From the human T2T-CHM13v2.0 reference genome, Homo sapiens, in NCBI RefSeq assembly GCF_009914755.1, contig NC_060929.1: a DNA stretch of 64,000 bases. One strand, written 5' to 3'. Of the stretch, positions 40,892-55,887 are shown in pieces (position 1 is the stretch's first letter; every line of letters begins with the position of its first letter). Below the pieces are notes generated by a model that saw nothing but the letters and a program-made list of their open reading frames with translations, was not told where the DNA came from and searched no databases. The position numbers and the translations under genes are program-made.

Positions 40892-41033
40892 ATTATTATT
40901 ATTTTACTTTAAGTTTTGGGATACATTTTCAGAACGTACAGGTGTGTTACATAGGTATACGTGTGCCATGGTGGTTTGCTGCACCTATCAACCCGTCATC
41001 TAGATTTTTAACCCTACATGCATTAGGTATTTG
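40892..41033 (-). mobile_element. short L1PA (PA7/8-like) 3' end
   Basis: TTTTACTTTAAGTT..GTGCCATGGTGGTTTGCTGCACCTATCAACCCGTCATCTAG..CATGCATTAGGTATTTG. Confidence 0.9.
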
Positions 41034-41259
41034 GCAAACATATGTCTTTTCTTCTTTGCTTACCAGATATTTATCAGATTATATAATAATAAAGTATTCA
41101 ATTGGCTTTCAGTTGCACAGAAATGGGCATGCTTTGGGAGACTAATGGAGTTGTAAGACCAATAAGAAGATTTCCTTAAAGATTTATTGTGCTCTGACAG
41201 CAGAATTGTGAGTGGGAGGCCATGTTAATGGAAGTTATATCCAAAGGTGTAGAGCTGCA

Positions 41260-41470
41260 CTGAGCTGTATCTCAACCCTGCTTGGGCACTGACTGCCTCT
41301 GTGACCTAGGCAGACCTCCTGACTGCTCTCAAGCTTGGAGTTTTCAACAATAAGAGGACTGATTGTGCTTAGGTCATAGAGTTAGTGAAAGGATTATATG
41401 AATTTATACCAAAAAGTGCTTAGCACTGGGCTGAAGACATATTAAGTAATTGTTTACAAGGTAGCTTTTA
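41260..41470 (+). mobile_element. MIR
   Basis: CTGTGACCTAGGCA...AAAGTGCTTAGCAC. Confidence 0.6.
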
Positions 41471-41829
41471 TAAATACAAAGGACTTCAGAGAGGGGGCTG
41501 GACAGGCTCATAGACTATTATTGACTGGGACCCTGACATCAGGACTTGTGTGAATCTGTATGTGGATTTACAATGCAGGAAATTAAATATCAGCTTTCCA
41601 CAAGGCATTGACTTGCTCACGGAAGTCACAGCACAATTGGTTATTTTCACACAGAAAAATAATGTCAGAAAATAACATTTTTGGCTTTATATCTTTCATC
41701 AGCCAGTTCTTAAATCGCTTCTAATACCAGTACATGGAGCATGCCATACATAATATTCTGATATCTGTTCCAGTGTGTTTCTCCCCCACCTCACCCTCTA
41801 TTCACACACACACACACGCACATGCATAC

Positions 41830-42365
41830 ACAGTATTACATAAAATCAAATGAGATAATAATGTCCATAATATTTTTTGGCTCAATTTTTAGCACTGAGT
41901 GAAATATTGTGAACATTTTTCATATCATTAAAAATTATTCTACCTAATCGAATTTGACATCATAAATTGTTTGAAACTTATTTCCACTTTTAAAATATTC
42001 TAAATGACATTTTGGTAAAGATCTTGAAACATACATCTGTGTATATACTACTATTACAATCTTATAAAAAACTTCTAGATACAGAAGTTTTGGGTCAAAG
42101 GATGTGCACAGTTTTAGGACTTCTGTTATATCTTGTCAGATTTTTCCATGGGAAATGCTAGACCAATTTTCACTTCTGCCAGAAGGGTGCTAGTTTCCCC
42201 TCACTATTGCCAACTGGGTATTTTAATTTAAAAACACTTACCAATTTAAAAAATGAAGATGGTTTATCAGCCTTCTCAGTCTGATTTGCATATCTTTGAA
42301 CATTTTCACACATTAATTATTTTTTTTCTCGTTAGTAAATTGCCTTTCCTAAAGTTTTTCTTTGT
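41830..42365 (-). mobile_element. L1ME fragment
   Basis: TTCTAGATACAGAAGTTTTGGGTCAAAGGATGTGCACA. Confidence 0.6.
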
Positions 42366-43529
42366 TAAAACACTGATGAGCCATGGAAAGAAGATGGGAA
42401 TATAATTTCTTTTAAATATTTTGTTGGTTTTTGAGACTGAAGGTAAATTAAATTCAACAGCAATGTCACACCCTTGTTCCTTCAGAGCAGAAACTCATCC
42501 AACAGAGCACTGAACCTGAGAGACGCCAGACATGTTGTGGACATCTCATGATTAGAACAAGGTTTCCCAATAGTAAATGTGATAATAATGAGGGATCTTA
42601 GGCCCTACATAGCTATCATGGGATAATAAAGAAAAAGCCCTTCCACCTTACAATAGGAAGTTTATTTTAGCCCTCCCATGAATGCTACTTGGACCAATTT
42701 CCAGAGTTTTTCAGGGAATCTGGAAAGACAGTTCTATATGTCATAGAATATCAAGGTAACAAAGAAACTTCGAAGAACAGAGACTACAGAAGGCCAGTCT
42801 TATATCATTTCTGCTTCTGTTTTATAGTAAGGTATTCAACAAAATCTGTTGCATGAATGGCAGCCATGGTAATCCTCATGCTTAAATTGTTCATAGACTT
42901 AATATTCAAAATAAAAATCCCAGAAGGAAACTTCTCCTATAAAGTAATGTGCCTTGGAGGTCAAATAGTGCCCACCCAAGTCCATGCCTAATTAAAGCTG
43001 ATGTGTTCATTCTTCCTAGTCCAAAACACTGTAAAGTGTTAAGTCTTGGTGTGTGAATGGGTGTGTGTGTGAGTGTGTGTGGGCTTATAGGAACACATAG
43101 GAAAATCCATGATTATAGGGTGACAATCCCACAACTTTATGAATCAGGGGTCAAGGATTATAAACCTGGATGCTTAAAATAGAAAGATTGTCCCACAGAA
43201 TTTGAGAGATGTAGCTGCAATTTAATTTGTCTCCCTTTCTGTGATCCAAGGCCAAGTGAAATGCTTGTGTGCTTTGCTTAAGTGAAACAGACCCACTGCT
43301 CTTACTAACCCTGTCATGCAGATACACATATGCACACACTGCTCCCTAACTTCCATGGCACCACCTTCACAGTCAGCTCTCATTTCATGCACATTTTCCA
43401 AGGAGGTATATAAGACACAGATACTATACCTTCTCTGACCTTGTCGCTCAGACATAGATCACAATCCCAAAACCTTTCTCCTCCTAGTTTAAAGAGTAAC
43501 ACAGAGAAGAAGTGAACAGTGTTTGCTTC

Positions 43530-43755
43530 AGAGACTGATGAGGTTTCACTTGGTCTCTGCGACTTCTCCAGCCCTGTGACTTTGAAAAGATTACTTTTAA
43601 AAAATGAAAAGTTACCAGTTTCCTTCTCAGTGAAAAGAGCATAAAAATAATATCACCTTAGCAAGGTAGTTGTGTGTATTAAATGAAATGTGTGCAAAGG
43701 ATTTAGTGAAGTGGTACATTGTAAGTGTGCAGTAGCTGTAAGCATTTATTATTAT
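43530..43755 (+). mobile_element. MIR
   Basis: CTGTGACTTTG..GTTGTGTGTATTAAATGAAA. Confidence 0.65.
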
Positions 43756-44764
43756 AGTCATTACTGAAACTCTTCCAAATAGATCCTGCAGTTACGAGCA
43801 ATATTGGTTTTGCACTTCCCCTGGAAATGGAGGCAAAAGAATAGCGGAGATTTGTACTATTTAATGAGAAAACAAAATTGCCAGACATCTCCGTAGATTT
43901 TTTTTTTCTCAGCTCCTTTCTGTTACTAGCTAGTTCTCAGAAAAAGCATGTGTACCTACTTAAAATTCCAATTACAAATATCACAAAGCCATTTTGATTT
44001 CATTTTAAGAACTGAATGAGGGAAAGACAATCTGTTGAGGAAACTAGGATGCTCCTCCAGCTCCTAGGAGGAAGGAGCTGAGGCTCCCCTACACACAGAG
44101 TGTACTCAGTTGGAACTCTACTCCCACCATGGGTGTCTGCTGCCAATTATGAGGCAGCTCAGAGCTGAGCCAATTTCTTCACTAAGGCAAACGTCCCAAG
44201 CTGGCATAGTAGTCAGTCCCTTCACCTCAGCTGTAAAAGGAAAGAGAATGTCTAACAAAATTTGGTATTTTTCCTTTTAAATGTTATCCCCATTTTAATT
44301 ATAAAAGTAACACATTTATTATATAAAATGTTGGAAAATACCCCCAAAATCAAGTAAAAAAGTTCAAGTCACTGTAATCATACCATCAGTGTCAAAGGTC
44401 ACTGTTAGCATATTAGTGTATATCCTTGCTGACATATATATACATATTTTTTTAAAGATAAGATACTATTTTAGCATCACTTCCCCCACTTAATAGAACA
44501 TGAACATATGTCCATATAAATATTTGTATCTAAAACATGTAAAATTGTGATGTTTTCATAGTATTCCACCTTGAAATGATACTCTTAGTTATTTAACCAA
44601 CCTCTCATTTTTATACAAATGTCTTGTTTCTTATAAACAACTAATTGACAAATAGCCTTCTAGCGACATCTATGAGTCTATCCAACAATAGTTCCTTAGG
44701 AAGAAGTAGAATTGTGGGCTAATAGGCATACACAGTTCTAAGGGTTTTAATATGTTCAGGGGAT

Positions 44765-45335
44765 AAGACTTGGCTAATCTAAGTCAACTGTGGTAATTCC
44801 ATCTTCCTTCCCAGTGACCAGGTTTAGTCATAGGCACATGGCCAGTTCTGGCCAATAGAACGTGAATGGAAGTATATTTGCAGGTGTCCAGGAAATGAGT
44901 TCCTCTGATTAAAAGAGACACAGAAGGGAAATACTTTTTCCCTCAATGGACCGTTTTTCCAGTTCTTAAAGTGGAAGGGAATGTGTAGAAAGAGCTCCTG
45001 CACCCATAGGGTAATCACGAGAAGATGTGTGGAGGGGAAGAGACAGTGCGCAGAGGACAATGGAGGGAAAGATGGAAAACTTTCCATCTTAAAACCTAGA
45101 TGATGGGTTAATAGGTGCAGCAAACCACCATGGCACGTGTTTACCTATGTAACAAACCAGCACATGTATCCCAGAACTTAAAATTAAAATGCCATTCCTG
45201 GACAGCATGACAACTCACTAAATAAACTGCCAGGGAACAACTCCACACGTACTCTTTGTGCAAGGTAATAAAAGTTTGTATTTTCTGAGCTATGTTTTGT
45301 CAGGTTTTCTGTAAATCACAATGAAAAGCATTCAA
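44765..45335 (+). mobile_element. MLT1 (J-like) LTR
   Basis: CCCAGTGACCAGGTTTAG..CCAGTTCTGGCCAATAGAACGTGA...TGAAAAGCATTC. Confidence 0.7.
45088..45190 (+). mobile_element. very short L1PA 3' end inserted in the MLT1
   Basis: CTTAAAACCTAGATGATGGGTTAATAGGTGCAGCAAACCACCATGGCAC...CCCAGAACTTAAAA. Confidence 0.88.
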
Positions 45336-45521
45336 TCAGGGTAAGAAGCAAAAATGATATATAATGATCTTAATTTCCATCTTTGATTACAACAAACTTA
45401 AGCTTTGTCTTTTTAACCTGGCCACTTACATTGCTCTTTTTGTGAACTGCCTTTTATGTCTGTTGCCATTTTTCTGCAAGGGTATTGGCTTCATGTTGAT
45501 TTAGGGAAGTATGTTTAGAGG

Positions 45522-46821
45522 AGGAGTTTCAAGATAACTAACTAGAAGTAAATAGATCATCCAATAGAGAACACTAAAATTCAACAGAAAAGTGACAGGA
45601 AATACTTAAGTGAGGAAGGAGAGGGAATAAAGGCAGCTTGCTTTGCCAGGATGGGCTGAGAGCCGAGGGACCTCCCACAGTGGCCCCTTAGTGGCCCACA
45701 TCCCCACCTTGCACTTCTGCAATTCTAGCCATGGGAGAGCCCCTTAAGCCTTGTAAGTCCTGAAACTAACATGGGGAGTTACCAAGCGACTGTGTGATAG
45801 CACTCCTCCGGGAAGGAAGCTCCTGCTGGGCCCCACACCCTCCCTAAGACCTAAGCAGCTGAAGAGAGCACTATTTGAGAGCCCTGCCCCCAACAGACTG
45901 CATGTTGTCCTGGGGCCCAGTGGCATCGGGGCTGAGGTTAAAGAGAAGTGCAGGCCACTGTCCCTGGGGCTGAGGCATGAGCCAGGTATGGGCTGGGGCA
46001 GCCAGGGCTGAGGCATAACCATCACACAGGCTACCACCACACTTAGGACTGAGCAGAGAGCGAGGCAAAGGTTACCACCAGTAGAGCTGAGGTGTGAGTG
46101 CTTTGGGGCTGAGGCATGAGCAGCACTTGCGTTTCCCACCCGCCCACCTAGGCTGCCACCACCGAAGGTGGCTCTGCATTCCCCAGTGGCAGGGGAACAG
46201 TGCAGCCACTGCTACTTCCCACCTGAACATTCCACGGGTAGCCTGGGGGCCACTCACCCCTGCCTACCATGACTGATGTCTACACACACCATCAGGGGGC
46301 CTGAGGACAAGCCTACCTAGCCCAACTTTATCCCCCACCCCATGGCAGAGCACACAGTACAGGAGCCAGAGGGTTGTCCAGCCCAGTCCACCACCATTGG
46401 TACCTGAACACTCTTTCCTGGGGGCTTGAGGTGGGGTCTGCTCCCTCTGCCACTACAACCACAGTTGTCACCTGCACATGCCACCTGGAGTACTGGGGAC
46501 TGGTCTGCCCAGCCCTTTGCAGCCACGGCCAACACCAGCACACACTACTCAGGACCCAGAGGGTCATCCTGCCACTGCCACTGCTGTAGCCCAAGTCATT
46601 CTGGCAGCCCAGGGGCCTATCTGCCCACCCACCCAGTCCACCACTGCCACTACCAGGAAGTAAGCCACATGGAGACCCAAGAATCAGTCTGCCTGGACCT
46701 GCTAACACCAGTGCCAGCGTATGCCACCCTGGGGTCCAAGGACAGTGATGCTTAGCCCACCACTGCCACCACTGGAATCTGAAAATCAGCCTACTGGGAG
46801 TCCCAATCTCCAACGAAACTT

Positions 46822-46825
<4 letters not shown>
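45522..46825 (+). mobile_element. L1 5'UTR (L1MA/L1PB era), GC-rich
   Basis: Starts GGAGTTTCAAGATAACTAACTAGA; GC-rich CCACTGCC/GGGGCTGAGGC repeats typical of old L1 5' ends; source of many spurious ORFs. Confidence 0.7.
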
Positions 46826-49630
<2,805 letters not shown>

Positions 49631-50607
49631 CATATAAATGACAAATATTTAAGGTGATTGATCTATATTAATATGATACCTGGCCCTACTTTAGACTTTT
49701 CTATTCTTTTTCATGACTGTTTTCCTTTTATATCAGTGTTTCATGTCTGTTTTCCTTTTATATCAGTGTCATACTACATTAGTCATTGTAACTCCCTAAT
49801 ACATTTAATATCTGGCAATACAAGCCCAACCTCACATTCTTTTGTAAACTTATTTGTTTACTCTACTGATTTCTTTTGTATATAGGATTTCAAAATTATT
49901 TTTACATAACCCCCAAGTTTTATTAGGAGTTTTGAAATTACATTAAAATTACAAAATAATGTAAAGAGAGAAGCATCTTCATGTCACCATTCTTCTTATT
50001 TAGGACCGTATTTCATCTGCCACATTTTTTAAGTCTTATTTTACTTTTCCTAGCATTTTGTTTTAATGTTCTGCAGGTAGTTTCTATATATTAACTTTTT
50101 TCCTAAATGATTAGATTTTTAAGTTAGTGATACAGTTTCCTTTATTGTTACAGGAGAAATAATTATTGCTTTTTACAGATTGTGTGATACTGGTGTTATA
50201 GCAACTCTTCAGTACTAAATATAGTCAGCTAATTATGCACTTTTCAATCTTTCTAAAACATTAATGCATATTAGACAGGAGCAGTATCAAAGTAGACACT
50301 TCACTTTCATTAGTGTCCTCAGTGTTGTGAACTTTCTGCCAGAGCCAAGGTATTGAACAATCTTATTTTAGAAAGAAGAAAAGCTATTAACATCTAATAA
50401 ACCTAAAATCTCTCAATAGTCAGGCAGGTGAAGATGATCACATCAATTACTAAGATAAATGCAATATCTCCCTTTTACACACTTAACCTCAAATAAATAC
50501 AACATAAATACAATTATGTTTACTACACAATTAAAATATTTGTAAATCAGTCTCCCAATTGACATTATTTACATAAAAAAAGACTATTTTATAGTACAAC
50601 ATAAAAT

Positions 50608-50925
50608 GGGCAGTGGTTTACGCAGGTAATCCCAGCACTTTTGGAGGCCAAGGTGGGCAGATCACGAGGTCAGGAGTTGGAGACTAGCCTGACCAACGTG
50701 GTGAATTCCCCATCTCTACTAAAAATACAAAAATTAGCTAGGCGTGGTGGTGTGCACCTATAGTCCCAGCTACTCAGGATGCTGAGGCAAGACAATCGCT
50801 TGAACCTGGGAGGCGGAGGTTGCAGTGAGCCAAGATTGTGCTACTGCACTTCAGCCTGGGCAACAGAGCAAGACTCCATCTCGGCAAAAATAAATAAATA
50901 AATAAATAAATAATAAATAATAAAT
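50608..50925 (+). mobile_element. AluS (Sg-like), slightly 5'-truncated
   Basis: GATCACGAGGTCAGGAGTT diagnostic; (TAAA)n tail; flanking AAATGG repeat. Confidence 0.95.
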
Positions 50926-51204
50926 GGCACTATTCAGAGGGACTTGAAAATATAATAGACTTTAGAAATCTGTGTTTTGGGAGAAACTCAACTAGGTAAA
51001 GAGTTATTTTCCTTCTCTTCCTGTGTAAAGCCAACTCCCTAAAACTTAAAATCAATGTTATTCTTTACCTGTTTTGAAGTTTTAAGGTCTCATCCCTTCT
51101 ATATTATAAATTAAAAATAACATTTTAATTTCTTTAATGTTCTTTTCATTACACTGTTTGGTTTAGATGTGTTGTAGCTACTCTAGGGTTTTACATGTAT
51201 CTGT

Positions 51205-51768
51205 TTTTAAAAAATTTTTAATTTTTAATTTTTGTGATTATATAGTAGGAAGGTGTATATAATTATGTGTTACATGAGATATTTTAATACAGGCATGCAA
51301 TTCATAATAATCACATCAGGGTAAATGGGGCAACCATTACCCCAAGCATTCATTCTTTGTGTTACAAACAATCCAATTATACTCTTTTAGTTATTTTAAA
51401 ATGTACAATCAAATTATTTTTTTACTATAGTCACCCTGTTGTACTAGCAAATACTAGATCTTATTCATTCTAACTGTAGTCACCCTGTTGTACCAGCAAA
51501 TACTAGATCTTATTAATTCTAACTATTTTTTTTTACTCATGAACCATCCACACTCCCACTCCCTCCCCACATTACCCTTCCCAGCCCATTCTTCCACTCG
51601 CCATCTTGATGACTCAAATCGTTTTACTTTTTAGTTCCCCCAAATAAGTGAGATGCAAAGTATGTTTTTCTGTGCCTGGCTTATTTCACTTAACATAATG
51701 ACCTCCACTTTCATCCGCATTGTAAATGCTTGGATCTCATTCTTTTTTATGGCTGAATAGGACTCCAT
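51205..51768 (-). mobile_element. L1MA 3' end
   Basis: ATAATAATCACATCAGGGTAAATGGGG..CAAACAATCCAATTATACTCTTTTAGTTATTTT. Confidence 0.88.
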
Positions 51769-52169
51769 GGCCATAAAGGGAGATTTACAATGACCTGAAC
51801 CACTTATGATGATCTCACCATTGTTTATAATATAAAGAACAATTCAGAGAGATATGGAGGTAAGGGATAAAACCTTCTATGTGCCAAGCTCATATGTATA
51901 GATCATATAGTTACAAATTGGATGCATTTCAAAACGAAATCTAGTTTATAATTTCACATACTTTCCTTGATGCTGGGCCCCCAGGTGGTTCAGGCTTTCA
52001 GTGCAGGCAATGAATTCTAATCCAATCAGAGCATTAAGGGTACAGGACTCCATGTCTCTGATTTTCCATGAGAATACTTGAACTTCTCATCCATGTGCAC
52101 CGATTTTTGTTCTCTACATATTGGGTCCATTACATTTCTGGGCCTCTTACCAGTTCCTGGCCTTCCTCT

Positions 52170-52340
52170 ATTGATCACGTTGGAGAAGACATAGTAATTC
52201 ACTTCTGCTTTGCAGTGAGGCAGAATTACAGCACAGAGGGCTTAAGCAAGTTGCCAAAGATCACATATCTGGGGAGGGGTAAAACCAGGATTTGATTTTC
52301 AGAGGTCTGATGTCAGAGTCAATGCTCTTAGCTGCTTCTC
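52170..52340 (-). mobile_element. MIR
   Basis: GCACAGAGGGCTTAAGCAAGTTGCCAAAGATCACA..TCTGATGTCAGAGTC. Confidence 0.7.
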
Positions 52341-52517
52341 TTTTATGGCCTTTTATAACAAATGTTATCAGTATCAGTTTCCCTTTCTTTCCTTTTATGC
52401 AATGAATTCTGCCTGTACTGGTGATGATGGCTTGATTCATGTTTGGAGTCGTAAATACCTGACTAATTCAAGACACTCCTCCGAATCTCAAAAACCCTTA
52501 AACAGGAATTCTCACAC

Positions 52518-52680
52518 TTAGCTGCTCATTGTAATTACCTTGGGAAATTTTAGAACTAGTAATATCTGGGTCTCAACCTGAAGATTCTGAAGGAGTTGAT
52601 CTAGGCTATGTTCTGTGCATTGGGAATTTTGAAAGCTCCTCAGGTGACTCAAATGTGCAGCAAGGCTGAGAACCACTTCA
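52518..52680. mobile_element. MER5-type MITE
   Basis: AAAAGCTCCTCAGGTGACTCAAATGTGCAGCAAGGCTGAGAACCACT. Confidence 0.75.
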
Positions 52681-53494
52681 CTAACAAACCTGGGCATCAG
52701 CTGGTTCACCTGACAAGGAAGGGCTCACTCCAGCTCAACTGATTTTATTTCTAGGTATTGGTGACACAAGCCAGCACAAAATGTATCAGTTTAGATCCAT
52801 CCAAAGTGGAAATTCAGGTACATCACAGTTCTACAACATAGCATCACTGTATTATGATCACACACACACATGCACGTGCACACACACACACACACATGCG
52901 CACCATTCCTTTAGCTGCTAGATTCCTATTTCTGCATGTCCTTTACCGCTGGGCCCTTGAAGAGCATGTGTTTAGGTATAATAGCGTGGTGCCATCTCTC
53001 AGACTATTTATACTAATCCTTACAGCTGTTGAAGCTGTCACTTTGTAAGTGCTATTGTAATATGAAGGGCTCTTCTAAAAATAGAGTGTTTTTTATCTTC
53101 CAAAGTCTTTGCTAACTAGGACCATGGAATACACACAGCTCCTGTGCAACTACAGAAAGATTTAAAAAGCACTCTTACTTATCTCCATTTTACACCTGCC
53201 AGTGCTTCTGGGAGGCCTATCCCACCTATCAGGGCCAGGAAAATATTTAGCAGTTTGAGTTTTTACATTCACAGGTAAAACCACAGTGGAGAAGCACAAA
53301 CTAGGGCTTGTGAGAAAACTTAAGCACTTTACTCCTAGTAAAGTGATCAGCTGGTTCCTATCTTCAGGAGAGCCAGTCCCCTTTTCAGAAAAGAGTCTAA
53401 AGTGTGGATTGCTTCCAGTGAGCAGTGTTGGATACACTGAGGAGGGAGGCAAGGTGGCAGCCATGCAGAGCCAGAGCTCAGCATCACTCACTCA

Positions 53495-54065
53495 TACCTC
53501 TCACTAACACACTCACTCACACCACTGAACACCTGCCACAGCCTTGTGGGCCCTGGGACCAGCAGCCAACAAGGCAGATGTGGCCCCTGCCCTCATGGAG
53601 CTCACGGTCTAATGAGGAGGGTGGATGTTAAATGATTAAAGTCAAATAAATAACTACAAACAGTAATAAAAACCAGAAAAGAAAAAAGGGCTATGAGAGA
53701 ACATAATAGGAAGAATCTTCTTGAGATTGAGTGGTGGGAGGAGGGGCAGATGCCCCAAGTTTAAGGAATGAGTGAGATGTGGCTTGGAGGAAGGAAAAGA
53801 GTATTCCAGGAAGGAGGTGTCATGGGTAAAGCTAGCCCATTCCGCAAGGAATTCGTATGATGAGAGGGGAGGCCGTGGGCCAGGGCACTTGAGGTCAGAT
53901 CACTTCAAGGCCATGGAGGTCAGGAGGGGGATTGGGGATGTTTTCCTGAGTGCCATGAGAAGCCTTAGAGGCAGAGGGGTTGAGGTTACATGGCCACGTT
54001 TGCATTCAGAGATGAGAAAGAGTTAAAGAAGAGTGGATGTGAGCACACCAGAGAGAAGGGGCCAG
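53495..54065 (-). mobile_element. L2 fragment
   Basis: GGCCCCTGCCCTCATGGAGCTCACGGTCTA...TTCCTGAGTGCCATGAGAAGCC. Confidence 0.8.
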
Positions 54066-54299
54066 TCAATGGCTCACAGCATTCTCACCCAGCTGACCAC
54101 CTTCCCTTTCTTTAGGCTGTGTCCTCAGGTGAGGAAGCAGCCAGTGTGTTTGCTGCCTGTCAGCACTTGTGTTTTCTGTGCCTAGAAGAATGAGGCTGAT
54201 GGGATGGAGGCTGACATGGTCGTTGCATGGTCCACTCATCCACACTGGCCTCCAGAACACAGCAGAGTTGCAGACCTGTTTTGGGGGATGACTGCACAA

Positions 54300-55110
54300 G
54301 ATTCTTGCCCATGGGAAGATGCTGTCTGCCTCTGCTTTTTAGTGATGAATGAACCCTGCGTATTTTTGCTCTCAGTGTCTCTTCTGTCAATCTCCTTTTT
54401 TTCCCCAGCCTCTCTCCTGATATCTCAGTTTGGACTCTGACCTCCTTTCACCTGGCTTGCTGCAGTAGATTTCTAACTGCCCTCCCAACTGGTTTTAGAA
54501 CCTCCAATATTTTCTGCTAATCAGGCCTGCCTTGAAATCTGACTCATCTTCTCAAATCACAGTTTTCAGGACACCACACCCCTGATTTTCTCTTGGCTCA
54601 CCATTGCAGAATGAATTAAACTGAAGTTCTTTCATTTGCATTCAAGTCCCCAAAGTACCTCTGCCTTTTATTGCCTACTGTTCTTTGGATTATTGACCCA
54701 ACAGGAGTGCACTCTATTCTAGGACCATGTCCTTTGGTCTCCTGTCTCCTGTCTTTGGAATTGGCCCTGCCTACCAGAAATAAGTGAAATTCCCTTCTGT
54801 GAAAGACAAGAGCATATTTCTCATGCCATTTACTCCCTAGCTTCAATGGTTATCTTTGCCATCCATCTATCCTACATGTTCTGGGAGGGCACAAACTAGC
54901 TAATTCCTCACTGTTGTTGCCCATCTTAGTCCTAGGACCAGGAAACATTGACACACTTGGACGTATACACCTGGAATTCTCTTCCCTCTTTTCCTCATCT
55001 TCAGATAACACTGGAAGTTTAGCAGTAGGTCAGAGCTGAGAAACACCTCCATTCTTTAAGTCTAGGTGCCTACTTTCTTTCTCATCCTTCTTTGTCTCTT
55101 TTAGCACTGA
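54300..55110 (+). mobile_element. degenerate L2 fragments
   Basis: CCTTTCACCTGGCTTGCTGCAGTAGATTTCTAACTG and similar. Confidence 0.5.
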
Positions 55111-55614
55111 TGGTGCCAGCCACAGTTTTCTTTTAATAGAAGAGAGGGGCTGCAGAGACTTTTTTTCTCAGCCAGTATAACAGTGTTTGCAATACCCCCT
55201 CCCCATGGCCAGCAGTTCAGTTTCAAAAGTCCCCATGGCAGTGATGGGTAGGTAGAAGGGGACAAGTTCTATTTTCACCTGCTCTACTTGCAAATGGCTA
55301 CAAAGTGATAGTGCAAGCTGGCATTTGATTGACTCAGTCCCACTGAAGGGAGTCAAGAGGCTGTGTTTGTGCACCACCATCTCCAGATCCCTGAAGGGTT
55401 TGCAGGTTCCCGAGTCTGTAGACTGCAGCCAGCTTTAAGTGATTATGTCACAAGGCATTAGCAGGTCCTTAGCTGATGCAGAAAGTACCCTTTACGAAGT
55501 GTCATGAAGCATAGCTGTGGCCTCCGGATGTCAGGGCTTCTAGCACTACAGCTTCTGATTGCTAAATTCTCAAGTTCCTTACCAGGGACCAGGAACATCA
55601 CAGTTCTTAAATGT

Positions 55615-55887
55615 CAAAGAAAAGGGAATCAGTGCCACCCTAGTCTTGACCTGGAGAATAACAACAACTCAGCAGTCTTGGGGCAGTGTTCTACAAAACT
55701 TGTTTATAGTCCTTGCAGTCCTGCTTTCCTCTACACTCACACTTTTCACTTTCAAACTCAATTCAAAAGCAAATTATGCAGAGGCTGACAACCCCAACTT
55801 GGTGAGGATTTGGAGCAACAGGAATTTGTATACATTGTTGGTGTAAGTGTAAAATAATAAACCACCGCTTTGAGAAAAGGCCGGCAG
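55615..55887 (+). repeat. donor arm of the 273-bp local inverted duplication
   Basis: Reverse complement aligns without gaps to 60214-60486, 16 mismatches by manual count. Confidence 0.97.

Larger units (their letters stand above)
44270..45518 (-). mobile_element. L1ME/MC fragment interrupted by MLT1; appears to resume at ~49650-50180
   Basis: TTATTTAACCAACCTC, TTCCTTAGGAAGAAGTAGAATTG and TTTGTGAACTGCC motifs. Confidence 0.6.

Noticed and set aside
52755-52817. 63-nt AG..GT exon candidate
   Set aside because: Weak donor (CAG|GTACAT) and no recognisable peptide.
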